Assembly: GCA_021613535.1 (NCBI GenBank)
Contig: CP075497.1
Span: forward strand, 6,076,001 to 6,140,000
Origin: Adineta vaga
Lineage: Eukaryota; Animalia; Rotifera
Length of the DNA stretch: 64,000 nt
Direction: 5' to 3'
In this document: positions 40,722-52,000 of the stretch, piece after piece
Layout: each line of letters opens with the position of its first letter
How positions within the stretch are numbered: position 1 is the first letter of the stretch
Notes under the pieces: generated by a model
What the model was told of the DNA's origin: nothing
Databases searched by the model: none
The model's input: the letters and a program-made list of their open reading frames with translations, nothing else
Made by a program: the position numbers and the translations under genes

Positions 40722-40735
40722 GCTTCTATAGCAAC
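40722..40735 (-). promoter_or_regulatory. Candidate RFX X-box upstream of IQCA1
   Basis: GCTTCTATAGCAAC is a near match to GTHNYY-AT-RRNAAC, ~70 bp upstream of the ATG of a motile-cilia gene. Confidence 0.45.
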
Positions 40736-41048
40736 GAACCTTGATATTGATGGCAAAGTGCATAAGTGTGTTGAAAAATTTCTTTGGATGCAATAAATAA
40801 AAAAAGTGAGTTAATGATGAAAGACGACGACGTGCGTAGGGAAAGAATTATATAAATTTCCTTCCTTTTTTTTGTCAAAATACATTTTCATTCTGTTTAT
40901 TTCGACTGTAACTGAAACAAATGAAACCGTTAGGAGAAAAATTATTTTGTGAAAACAGTTTTGACATTGTTTATTAATTTCATCGTTGAAGAATATTATT
41001 TGGTTTCGTTATTGACGATCCAAATGTTCTTGCTGTCGAGCATCGGCG

Positions 41049-42834
41049 ATGTATGATAGTAAACATAGGACAACAGATACACAAATCTATGAAAACCGGA
41101 AAGACGATAGCGGTTATTCCGTAAGTTAAAGAGAAAAAAAGATGCTTGTTGTATAAGTAAATCAATCTATATTACAGTCGACTAAACGAGAGTGGTCTTT
41201 GCAAACACATGGATTCGATGATGAAGCATCAAAGCATCGAAAATATATGCGAACGCAATGTAAAATACTTCACCTGTTTTATCGGATTATAATATAGAAA
41301 ATTCCTTTGATTGATATTTTAGCTTCGTCAAATACTCGAGTTGTATCCAATTCATCGTCATCTCAACAGCAACGTCAAAATGGTGATAAAAAAGCTGTTA
41401 AAGATGTATGTTTAATTCTGTGAAATTAATCTTTGTTTGAAAAAATAAATTTTATTTAGACGAAAAAACCGCTACGCGTGTCCGGTGATTGGTCTGAATT
41501 CAAAAGTTCGACAGGTTTGAATAATTTGAACAAATAGATTTCGACTTTGTTTTTCTTTTTAGGCAAAACATATTTTTATAATTGTAAAACGGAAATATCC
41601 CAATGGGAGAAACCGAAAGGTTGGCCATCGGATGAATCGAATCGAACAAGTACATCTTCCACTAGTCGAAATAAGAAAGGTGACAATTCTTGTTATTCAA
41701 GAAAATTTATTCTTATATTTCACGATTGACATCTTCTAGAATCAACAACAAATGTATCACCCTCAGTTCGTACTCGACATAAGATGGAAGATTCATCTAC
41801 TCAACGGACACTTTCCCATAATCCCAATCATAAATTAACGTCAGAAAATTCGATAAATCATCAAAATGGTAATCATCTATTTCAAGAATCTAATGAACAA
41901 TTAACCATTCCTTCACATAATCGTCTCCCTAGTCCAGGTTATTGCAATATAAAACTAGAGAAATTTGACTTTATTCAAATTTGTTTTTTCATTTTTAGGT
42001 GATGACAGTTCTCGGATGTCCTTTGCATCGACCAGTAGCAAAGAATCAATCACAACTACGACTAATATGAAAGAAAATAATGGAAATATTCTACATTCAT
42101 CTCTTTCTGAACCTGGTAAAACTCAAAGTGAACTTTTTCAATGAAAATACTTTTTATTTTCATCTGTTTCAGTTACAACTTCCGTATCTGATATTTCATC
42201 GACTAAACCAATGGCTCTAAATGGTAAGACAACTGTCTTTTAAAATTTATAAATAAAAAGGAATATTTTTGTTTTGAAGGAAATGACACCAAACATACAA
42301 ACACTCGATCTAATATGTCTGCACTACTAAATACAGATTCTACACAAATGTACGTCATTGAAATATTATATCTAGAACCTTTGATTTGTATATATATTTT
42401 TTTTTAGTAATGAAAATGAATCAAGTCTATCAACAGTTTCCAAACAAGAACGTGAACAAGAAATTCAGAAATATTATCGTGCTGAATTAATACAACATTT
42501 AACTGATTGGTCATCGACTCAATTAGAAAAACAGGTATGAATTCATGTTTATCTAAAAATCTATATTTATATATACATGTCTATTTAGTGTTTAAAACTT
42601 TTCGATGACTATTATGGCTATAGTGCAAAAACATCGGCAGCACTTGTCGAATTGAAAGGAAACAAATCGAATTTTCGTATTCTTGAAATAAAACGAAATA
42701 TCTTAGCTCAGAAGTAAATGAAAAATTCTTTTTTTAACAAACTAACTTTAATTGAATGGTAAATTCTTTCTCTTTTCAGACTCCTCCGGTGTCAGAAACA
42801 TGCGAAAGAACGAAAAGATGACCAACACTTCTAA
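41049..42834 (+). CDS. WAC: WW domain-containing adapter with coiled coil (many short exons)
   Basis: WW domain [11 protein letters not shown]|[20 protein letters not shown]; C-terminal [21 protein letters not shown]...[21 protein letters not shown]. Start codon is approximate. Confidence 0.85.
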
Positions 42835-44453
42835 AATGATCCTTTTTTCGCGTTTTTTTAAAATGTTTTGTCATACCGATTTCTTTAAATATTCTCTTCT
42901 TTATTTATCACCTTGCAGCAATGTGCATTTCTATGCACAATAAAGTGAAAAATATTCGTTGGAAGTCGAAGAGAATATCCCAATATTTTCCTTTTTTTTG
43001 TTTTTCATTGTGTCAGATAAATCTAATTCTAAACATTTTCTGGCCTATCTTTATTGAGCTGCTTAGTGATGATCGAAATTCTCTTTTTTCTTTTGATTGT
43101 TTCTGTTTTTTTCTTCTTCTTTCCACATTCAACTGATTCTTTCCTTTTTTTCTCTTTCTCTTCTCTTGATGTGTTCTACTTCGTACTGTATTATTGTGTA
43201 TCTTGGTTTTGTTGTTTTTCTTTTGCTCTTTTGAAAAAGTTATACACTATATATACATATATATATATATAATTGAAACATGATACTTGTGCAGAAGACC
43301 AATAATGGATAATTTATAAAAAAAAAAGAGTATTTATCCTTATTTTTGCTCCGAAAAAATTGAAGAAATCTTAGAGATCAGTGATTATTTTGATAAGTAA
43401 TCAAGATTAACTAATTAGTGCGTTATGTAGATATCTTTTCTTCTCTTCAGGTAGAGTTCTCAGATATAAGTATATTTAATCGAGAAAGTACATATTTTTA
43501 CCTAATAGCATCGCTTCAAGCAAATGAAACATCTTAAAAATACGACGCTGTGTATGACATAAAATAGTGAGATGGTGTTCTTGTCTAAAATTCAATGAAT
43601 TCTGACGCCATATCATTTGTATTGGACAAAACTACATATAGTTCAGTTATATTTTTAGAATAAAAAGAAAGAGTACTCTTTGAAAGCTCACGTTATTTTA
43701 AACATAAGACAGATTGTAATACATTGATGAGATAACGTGGTTCTCAAAATAAACCAATTCATTTCTTTTACTCTTCAGTAATTATTCAATAACGCACTTT
43801 TCAATAGGATTAAGTGCAAAAAAACAGGATCTTATATTAAATTTAGTCCAATAAACATTTGTTTTACACAATCACATGTAAATTATCTTTATCGATGTGT
43901 ATCAAAGTTGATACATGAAAAAGACAAGTCAATACTTTCTATTACAGGTTAAAACTTTAGCTCATTTTGCTCTTGTCCTGCTACTTTTTACTAGTTTCAA
44001 TGAACCATCTGGGTGGGAACTTTACTTTATTTATGACATACGTTGCTTCAAATGATGGCATGATATTTCAAATATTCCTCTTTTTCTTTTCTTCTTTTCT
44101 TTTCTTTCTTTCCTCTGTTCTTGTCTTTAGGCTCGTTCGAGAAGTAATGGAGGTTTCTTACGTACATGCACGCACACGTAGCCATTCTTCTCGTTCTGTG
44201 TGAAGTCGCAGCTTCATCCGTCTCTCCGAACGGACGTCGTTTTTTTTTGTTTTTCCACTAAGAGAAACAATGCACACCCATCAGGATTGCCTTCTTAATA
44301 TTATAATCATATAGTTGTTGTTGTTGTTATTGTTGTTTTGCAATACCTTCATCGCTGACAATCAAATACTATTTATTTCATTAGAAAAGCTCGAGAGAAA
44401 GAAAATTCAAACGATATTCAAGTAAGATTAAATGCTGTGTCATCCTTTCATCG

Positions 44454-47400
44454 ATGGAAAAGATAAAGATAAAGAAACAGAATGCATCGAGCAAAACAAG
44501 TTACCGCGATGTATGTTGCGTGTTTTATAGCTATGAAACAGTTATTAAATAATAAACTTTGTATTCCATGTATTAAATATTATTTTATTTTATAGATTTA
44601 TCTTAATGAACGAGTGAATCTTTTGATAGGAAATATGATGCATAGATTAATGAATGAAGGTAAGTAGTAAGTAAGTTTTGATTATGATCTGTATTGTTTG
44701 TTATGAAATTTTAGTAACGAATGAAGAAAATAAATGTACATTATCACCAGTTAATCAGACATCGACAAGTGTTGTACGAAAACGAAAAGTTCGTCGTGTC
44801 AAATCATTGATCAGATCATCAGTTGACAAGCTAGCACAAGAGAAAAGACAAGAACAAAATGCAAAAAAAACATCGACAAATACATCTATCGATAAACGAC
44901 CTTTTCCTTTTGGACATTGGTAAAAAGTTGAATCCCATTTATAATATATATATATATCGATTAGATGTTTCTAGTCGAGTTTGTACAGACAAAGCAACCG
45001 GTGCTCATTATGGTGTGCCAACATGTGAAGGGTGTAAAGTAAATCTCTAATTGATCACTAAATCTGCTTCGAAGGTTTTACTGCTCGAATAATGTCATCT
45101 GAAATATATTCTCATTGAAATTAGAGCGATGATATTTTGCTCTATACAAAATTTTTCTTGACCTACATTAGATAAAAGAAACATTTGAACAAAAATTAAC
45201 GAATTTACTAACTGATATTTGTTTTTAGGGCTTTTTTAAAAGAAGTATATTAAGAAAAGAAAAATATCGATGCTATTTTGGTGATAAATGTATAGTCAAT
45301 ACTGACAATCGTAATCGTTGCAAATCGTGTCGTTTTCAAAAATGTTTGACAGAAGGAATGTCTGTTGAAGGTAATTCGTTCAAATTATATGATTCTTAAC
45401 TCTGTTGTTTTTTCTTATAAAAGGCGTTCGTATGGGTCGAATACCCAAATCCGTTAAAGAAAAAGCTTTAGCTGAACATCTAACATCAAGTGTAGAGAAT
45501 GAAGATCCAACTCAATTATCACCATCTCATATTCCATCATTAACTTTAAATTCAATTAATCCATTATCAACATCTTCAATGGTCGATTTACCGTTAATTG
45601 ATGAACATTTACTTTTTGCTGATTTAGATGCTGTACCTCTCGATAGTCAATCAAACTGTCATACACCACCACCGATAACAGCAACAAGTATAGCATCTTG
45701 TTATCGATATGAATTGCCAGACAATTTTACTATTGATGAAACTAAACAAGAAGATATGGAAGATGATAATCGAATTGTTCGATTAAATCCAACTGCATTG
45801 ACGAATTATATGACTAATTGTGAAGAACGTTTTGCTATGAATGTTATTGAACGAATGAAAACTATTATTCAGAAAATTTCACATCCAACACCATGTACAG
45901 AACTTGACTATGAAGAATCATCATTTATTCGACATCTTCGATGGAAAATGTTTGATTTAAGTAATACATACAATGGACGAACAAGACAATTAATTGAACG
46001 AATGAATAGTTTGATTCATTTACAAGTAAGTTCACGCAGAAAAAGACCAATTTGATTTTATTCTATTTCTCATACTTTCCATTTAGATTGATGATTATCC
46101 AGGAAAATCTTCGTCATTACAAGATATTTGGGCAGGTTTAACAGGTATTGTTCGATATAAAGAACTTTTAATTTTAAAATTCATTTGTATTTGTAGATGC
46201 TATTCCATTTCATGTGAAAAATCTCATCACATTTGCGCGAGAAGTAAATGAACCGTGTCGTATGTGTGTTCTTAAAATTTTAAATTAATCTCGGCTAAGA
46301 ATATTTTCTGTGAAAGACATATTGACATAGGGTCATTGCACCGTGATTTCATTTTCCAAAAGGAAAACGTACCTAAATATACTGAATGATCTAGAAACCA
46401 GGAATTAATAAAATATTAATTTAAATCTATATTTAGATGCCTGCAGTCAATGAGATTGACGCGGATGATTTCCATAAAATAATGAACAATCGTTTATTTG
46501 ATTTTTGGCTTGTAAGGATAATTTTTTTGAACTTTGTGTCACGAGATATGTTAACTATATTCCTAGATCAAACATGCTCCATTAATATGCAACAACGAAT
46601 CATATATGATGCTACCTAATGGGCTTCAATATACTCGTGAATGGATGAATAAAATTATTGGAGAAGAAATGGTTCAAACAATGTTTCAGTTCGCAAATAA
46701 ATATAATGAATTACAATTAACGCATGAAGAACATGCACTCATATTCCCTGTTGTGATTTGCGTGAAGGGTAAGAATCTTATTTAAAACGAGCCTTTTCTT
46801 TCTAGTTAAGACATGATTCAAAAAATATTTTCTCATATTTCCTTTAAATATAACATTTTTAAATACATTCAAGATAATTATATCTAAGTTGATGATAATA
46901 GTACAGGACAACTTGTTACATAGCTTTCGTTTTAATTGAACTTATTAATATGAAATTCATATTTTATTGCAGATGAAACACTTCAAGATCAAGATACAAT
47001 TCGTTGTATTCAATGTTGTTATCTATATGCATTATACATTCAAATGTTAACAACACGTACTCAATCACAAGCTAAAACTGTATTCCGCAATCTTCTTCAG
47101 GTACAATAAAATATCATTTATAGTTTGATAATTCTATTTTTCATATAAATACTATTAGATATTTGCTTACCTACCATTGTTAAATGAATTACAAGAGAAA
47201 AAAGTTGGGTCACTTGTACCTCCAAGTAAGTTCCGAATAGTTTAATTCATCTTAGATAATTCCTTTTAATAAATATGCATAAAACCCTTTTTACCGAACA
47301 TAGTTAATACTAATCATCGGAATTTCTGCACGCTTCGTCGTTTCATACGTGATGTTCTTTTATTAGAAAATCATGGTAGTTTCTTTTGTGTGGTTTGTCC

Positions 47401-47513
47401 TATACTTTCGATTCGCTCATTTGTTTTTTTTTGATTCGTGTGTTTATTATTTGAAATTTCGAAACAATTCTTCAATATTTCTTTTTATTTTAGATACTGA
47501 CGGTGAATCATGA
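44454..47513 (+). CDS. Nuclear hormone receptor, NR1 subfamily (E75/Rev-erb/ROR/PPAR-related)
   Basis: C4 fingers H-C|RVCTDKATGAHYGVPTCEGCK|GFFKRS...CYFGDKC...NRNRCKSCRFQKCL; GRIP box GVRMGRIPK; LBD exons (ITFARE|MPAVNEI, FANKYNELQLTHEEHAL). Start and last exon are tentative. Confidence 0.85.
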
Positions 47514-47797
47514 TGAAGGATAATACCATTTTAGTTTCTTTTTATATTGCTCAATGTTGTAGTCTGACATTTGTTGTGTGATTTTCTTCTGTCCTTGTAT
47601 CTGTTTGTATGTGTGAATATGTATTTAAAAAAAAGAAGATGAAGAGAAAAAGAAAGCAGCCGATGAAGAAAAAAAGAAAACCTTGATGAAATAAAGAGAA
47701 TAAGAAAACTGACACCAGTTGTTCTATTCATTTCAAATGACAAGGAAATCAATCGTGGAAGCAAAGTAGGTGTGAAGAGAATATGAATTAGTTCGAT

Positions 47798-48877
47798 TTA
47801 AAAGTAAGTTATAAGATCTTTTTCAATTGATGAAAGTGTTCCACAACTGAATTGTTTTGTTAGTGTCGATGGATAAATAAATTTATATCCTAACCAAAGA
47901 ATAATACCTGTGAGTAAGAGAAGATCGATTAGAATTAAAATTAAAAGAATAATTTTTGTGATTCGTCGTTGTTTTGTACAGTAAAATATTTCAGATAAGG
48001 AAGATAATCGTTGAATTGTATGAATATTACTTGTATCTTCTGCTATCCATGGAAGTTTTTCACAGGATGTTTGATAGCAGACATATCGTTGATAAGTTGA
48101 GATATATTCAATTCGATTAGTCTTTTCACATAGTGTTAAAAATTGATTCGATGTTGTTAAATTTAAATAATGAATCGAATAATCCGTTTGATTAGAATTA
48201 TATTCAAAAATCATTAGATAATTTTGTGAATGAATATAGAATTGTTCATATCTACGATTGAGAAACATTTCAATTGGTTGAATTAGATTATAGAGATTCA
48301 TTAAAAAATTACAAGAAGAAATTTTTAATTGACAAATATAGAGTTGATGATATTGATTTCTTTCATAAAGAATCCATACGAATTGAAGATTTTCATCAAT
48401 AAGAATATTTACTACCTTTTCTGTTGTCGGTAAGTCGAATAGGAAGTACTGTTTGAAAGGTAAAGATATTAATGGTAAAGTAAATGTTTGTAATAGCATC
48501 GTTTTTGAATGAAATAAATAAAGATAACGTTGACCAACAGCGAGATAGATTGGTGATGAAAAGATCGTTTTGTAAGATTTTTCATTCCAATAAGTATGTA
48601 GATTATCGAAAGTATTTAATGAACTAATCGAATAAGTTGAATTCAATTGTTTAATTAGTAGAAGTATTGTATTTGTTCGTCGATAGAATAAACCTTGTTC
48701 AATAGTTGTATTTGATTGCGTTTGATAGATAATATTCGGCAGATTTCCATCGAAGAGAAAAACAGTTTGAGAAGAAATTAATATAAAAATATTTTCATTA
48801 CATTCATCAGTTGCACTTTTGATAGAAGAAATCATTGAAATTAAAAAAATAAGTGTAAAAAAAGAAAATCTTGCCAT
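47798..48877 (-). CDS. Orphan intronless type I membrane protein, 359 aa
   Basis: Signal peptide MARFSFFTLIFLISMISSIKSA, beta-strand-rich Cys-containing ectodomain, TM IILLILILIDLLLLTGIILWLGY, short tail ending ITYF. Confidence 0.75.
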   Translation of the reverse strand: MARFSFFTLIFLISMISSIKSATDECNENIFILISSQTVFLFDGNLPNIIYQTQSNTTIEQGLFYRRTNTILLLIKQLNSTYSISSLNTFDNLHTYWNEKSYKTIFSSPIYLAVGQRYLYLFHSKTMLLQTFTLPLISLPFKQYFLFDLPTTEKVVNILIDENLQFVWILYERNQYHQLYICQLKISSCNFLMNLYNLIQPIEMFLNRRYEQFYIHSQNYLMIFEYNSNQTDYSIHYLNLTTSNQFLTLCEKTNRIEYISTYQRYVCYQTSCEKLPWIAEDTSNIHTIQRLSSLSEIFYCTKQRRITKIILLILILIDLLLLTGIILWLGYKFIYPSTLTKQFSCGTLSSIEKDLITYF

Positions 48878-49042
48878 TATGTTTAGTTATGGAATGTAAA
48901 TAAGATGATGAATGACTTTTGAAAGAAAAAGTTCGTATAAAGGTCGAAGATATTTGCTTATCAGAAGAACTAGAAGACCTTTTGAATTCGATGATAAAAA
49001 TGAAAATTTTGTTTAGTAGAAGATTTTTCAAACTGTTTTAGA

Positions 49043-52000
49043 ATGTATCCAATACGAAATGAATCCGATGTTCAATTAGAACTTCATTTTCTTGATTGTC
49101 AACCTGATTGTATCGATCGTTCGTTACATGACCAATCTGTTTTGGATCATCTATATCGTGCAGCTACACAGAAAATACTTCAATTAGAAAATTCTGATCA
49201 AAGAAATCAATCACATCGTGTTACTGATATCGATCGTTTAGTTTTACTACTGAGTCATGTGAAATTTACACCAAAGAATATAACAAAACATGTACCCATC
49301 GAAATACCAAGAACTGAAGAGCATCAAGTAACAATGCCGATTGTAACAATAGAAAATAGACCTTCGTCAAAAGAAGTTAAAATCGAAATAGAAGGTTTTA
49401 TTCCTCCAGCACCACCATTACCTCCATCAATTGATTTAGCAATCAAGCTACAATCAGAAGCACGTAAAATTGAAATACTATCACCTGACAAAGAATCTCT
49501 GTGGGCTTCGGTAAGCCGTCATTTTTCGTGACACTTATTGAAAATCGATTTATTTATTTTGACTCATCAACTAAATATGCTTGATGAGTCACTAACGTGT
49601 TCTTGTATCTTTACTTTTTCAGGTTAAAAATCAAGATGTTGCTGATTATTTCATTCAATCAATTCCCTCAATAGATCATCGTATGTTCTTGTCAATAAAG
49701 ATAACATGTATAAATTTCATTTATTTTTTATTTTATTTTAGAATATTCAAATAAACGAAAAGAAGCAAAACAACAAAGTATACTCGACGCCCGAAAAGGC
49801 TATAATCTCGGTTTGTTGATGTTTTTTTTTTCTTACCGAATCTTTTATCACGATGTGGGGACGTACGCTAGCTTATATTTTGAAAGTTTCATAGACACGA
49901 GACGTTGAAATGAAAAAACTGAAAGGTCTACACAGAACGAAGAAAAAAAATATTCCCTTTCCTTTGATTTGAAAAATGACGTTCTTCATAAATATAAGCA
50001 ACTGAAAGTATACCTTTCTGTTTTGTGAATAATTTCGTATCCATAGAATAAAAATATATAATTCTATCTCAAATGATAAATAGAGAAACGAAAATAAAAA
50101 GAAATTATTTTGAATTAATTTGTTATCTTACAATGATCAAACGCATAGAAACATTGTTGAAATTAAATGAATTAAGTTATCGAGAAAGATTCGTTTTTCC
50201 TGTGAAGTTTTCATAGAACAAAATAAAATGATGTAATTATTTCGATCGGTGTTGTTTTTCTTCTTCTCGTGATATATAAAAGGGAAAGAGAATGAAAAAA
50301 GAAACCCATTCGAATTTCATTCTTTGCAAACATATATAGAATGTACTTTATTTGATAAGATGCAGTCTGTCTTACCGCCTTCCGATTCGGTCTTCGAGTT
50401 GGATGAATATCTAGGCTCAATGCTTGGATCCGCTGAATCCAAGAATTTCGAAAATGTTTTTTATCTAATCGATAAATACAGCACACATTACTCCAGAATA
50501 CAAAAGATCTTTGATCTAACAACTGTTGATATGAACACATGTAATATGATTAATAAAAATCAACAATGGAATCAAGATGTTGTTTACAAGCATAATCGTA
50601 CACAAAATTCATCGATAGCCAGTCCAATGGTAACAAGAGAATTCCACCATCAAAACATCGACAGTACATGTATGCTTATGCTTCCTTATGATCAACAATC
50701 AAGTTATATGCGTAGTCCAGTTCAGCATTATCCAATGGCAACAGATCAGAGTTATACGTACACAAGTTATAACTCAGATGATTCGATGGTTAATTATTAT
50801 CAAACACCAACGACTGAATGTCATATGTTGACTGTTGACAATACTGTAGCGTTGATGACTGATAATAGTCCACAACTCAATCAAAAAAATGGTTCTGGAA
50901 TGAACGACAATGATTTCAATGGTTTATTTGGTTTTGATTTTGGATTTAGTGAAGTTGCACATTGTGATTCTAACATGCAAACAGATTCTATGTTTTGTTC
51001 CGAAACATTCCAGCCAGCGATAGTACTCGAGGAATCATGTCCAGCACCAGTCATTTCGAATGATTTCGATGTTCAGGACTGGCTCATTGAGTCTAAAACA
51101 GATGGAAAAATACGGCGACCATTTTTACATGAATTTCTACGATTATTACTTGATAACCGAAAATATTCGCATATTGCTGAATATATCGACCGAAAAAAAG
51201 GTATTTTTAAATTTCATTTACGAGATCAAGCAGCCAAACTGTGGCAAGATGTTAAAGCAAGGAATTCCGATCATCGTAAGATTATTTTCTCATTTTTATC
51301 CATTGTCTAATTTACTTTCTTATTCGTATTAGGCATGACTTATGATAAATTAGCAAGAGCGATCCGTTTCCACTATCCTACTGGAGTAATGCGTCCAACT
51401 CCAGGACGTTTTACTTTTCGATTCGGCAGTGAATCCGGTTTTGGCAAAAACTGGTGGCCTGCTTCCTAGTCGAATACAAACATGATTGTCAATTTTTGAA
51501 TATTTCTAAGAATATTACTATTAGCATATTGCAACAATTGAATTAAAGACATTTTCAGCATATTTTTTTTGTATATTACTGCCTTTTTTTACACGTATAT
51601 GTATAAAAGACGCAGTTCTAAACTAATCATTCATCAAACGATTTTTCCATTTTTTCCAACATAAAGAAAGAAAACGTAATATTTGAAATTGAGTCATTGC
51701 TTCATGACGATAAGACAAGCAATAGTAAATAGTGTGAATTTCTAATGATTGATAGGTTGTTCTTTGTTTTTAGGTATCATGTTGGCATTTGCAAAACGAA
51801 ACCCCATTGAAATAGCTGAATCGATAAGAAATCTCGATTCAGAATTAAATTCAAATGAATTTATTCAACATTTAATTCAATATATACCAAATGAATCGGA
51901 AGTAATGTATCATAAAAATAGTAAATACGTAATTCTTCAAAACTGAGTCACAAATGATCAAAAGAAAAAAGGCAATTACATTTTGCATGATAGACTTGAT

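Noticed and set aside
44918-44975. Apparent premature stop (FGHW*) at the start of the nuclear receptor zinc finger
   Set aside because: A GT-AG intron splits the first Cys codon (TG|T) and restores HCRVC, so this is not a pseudogene.
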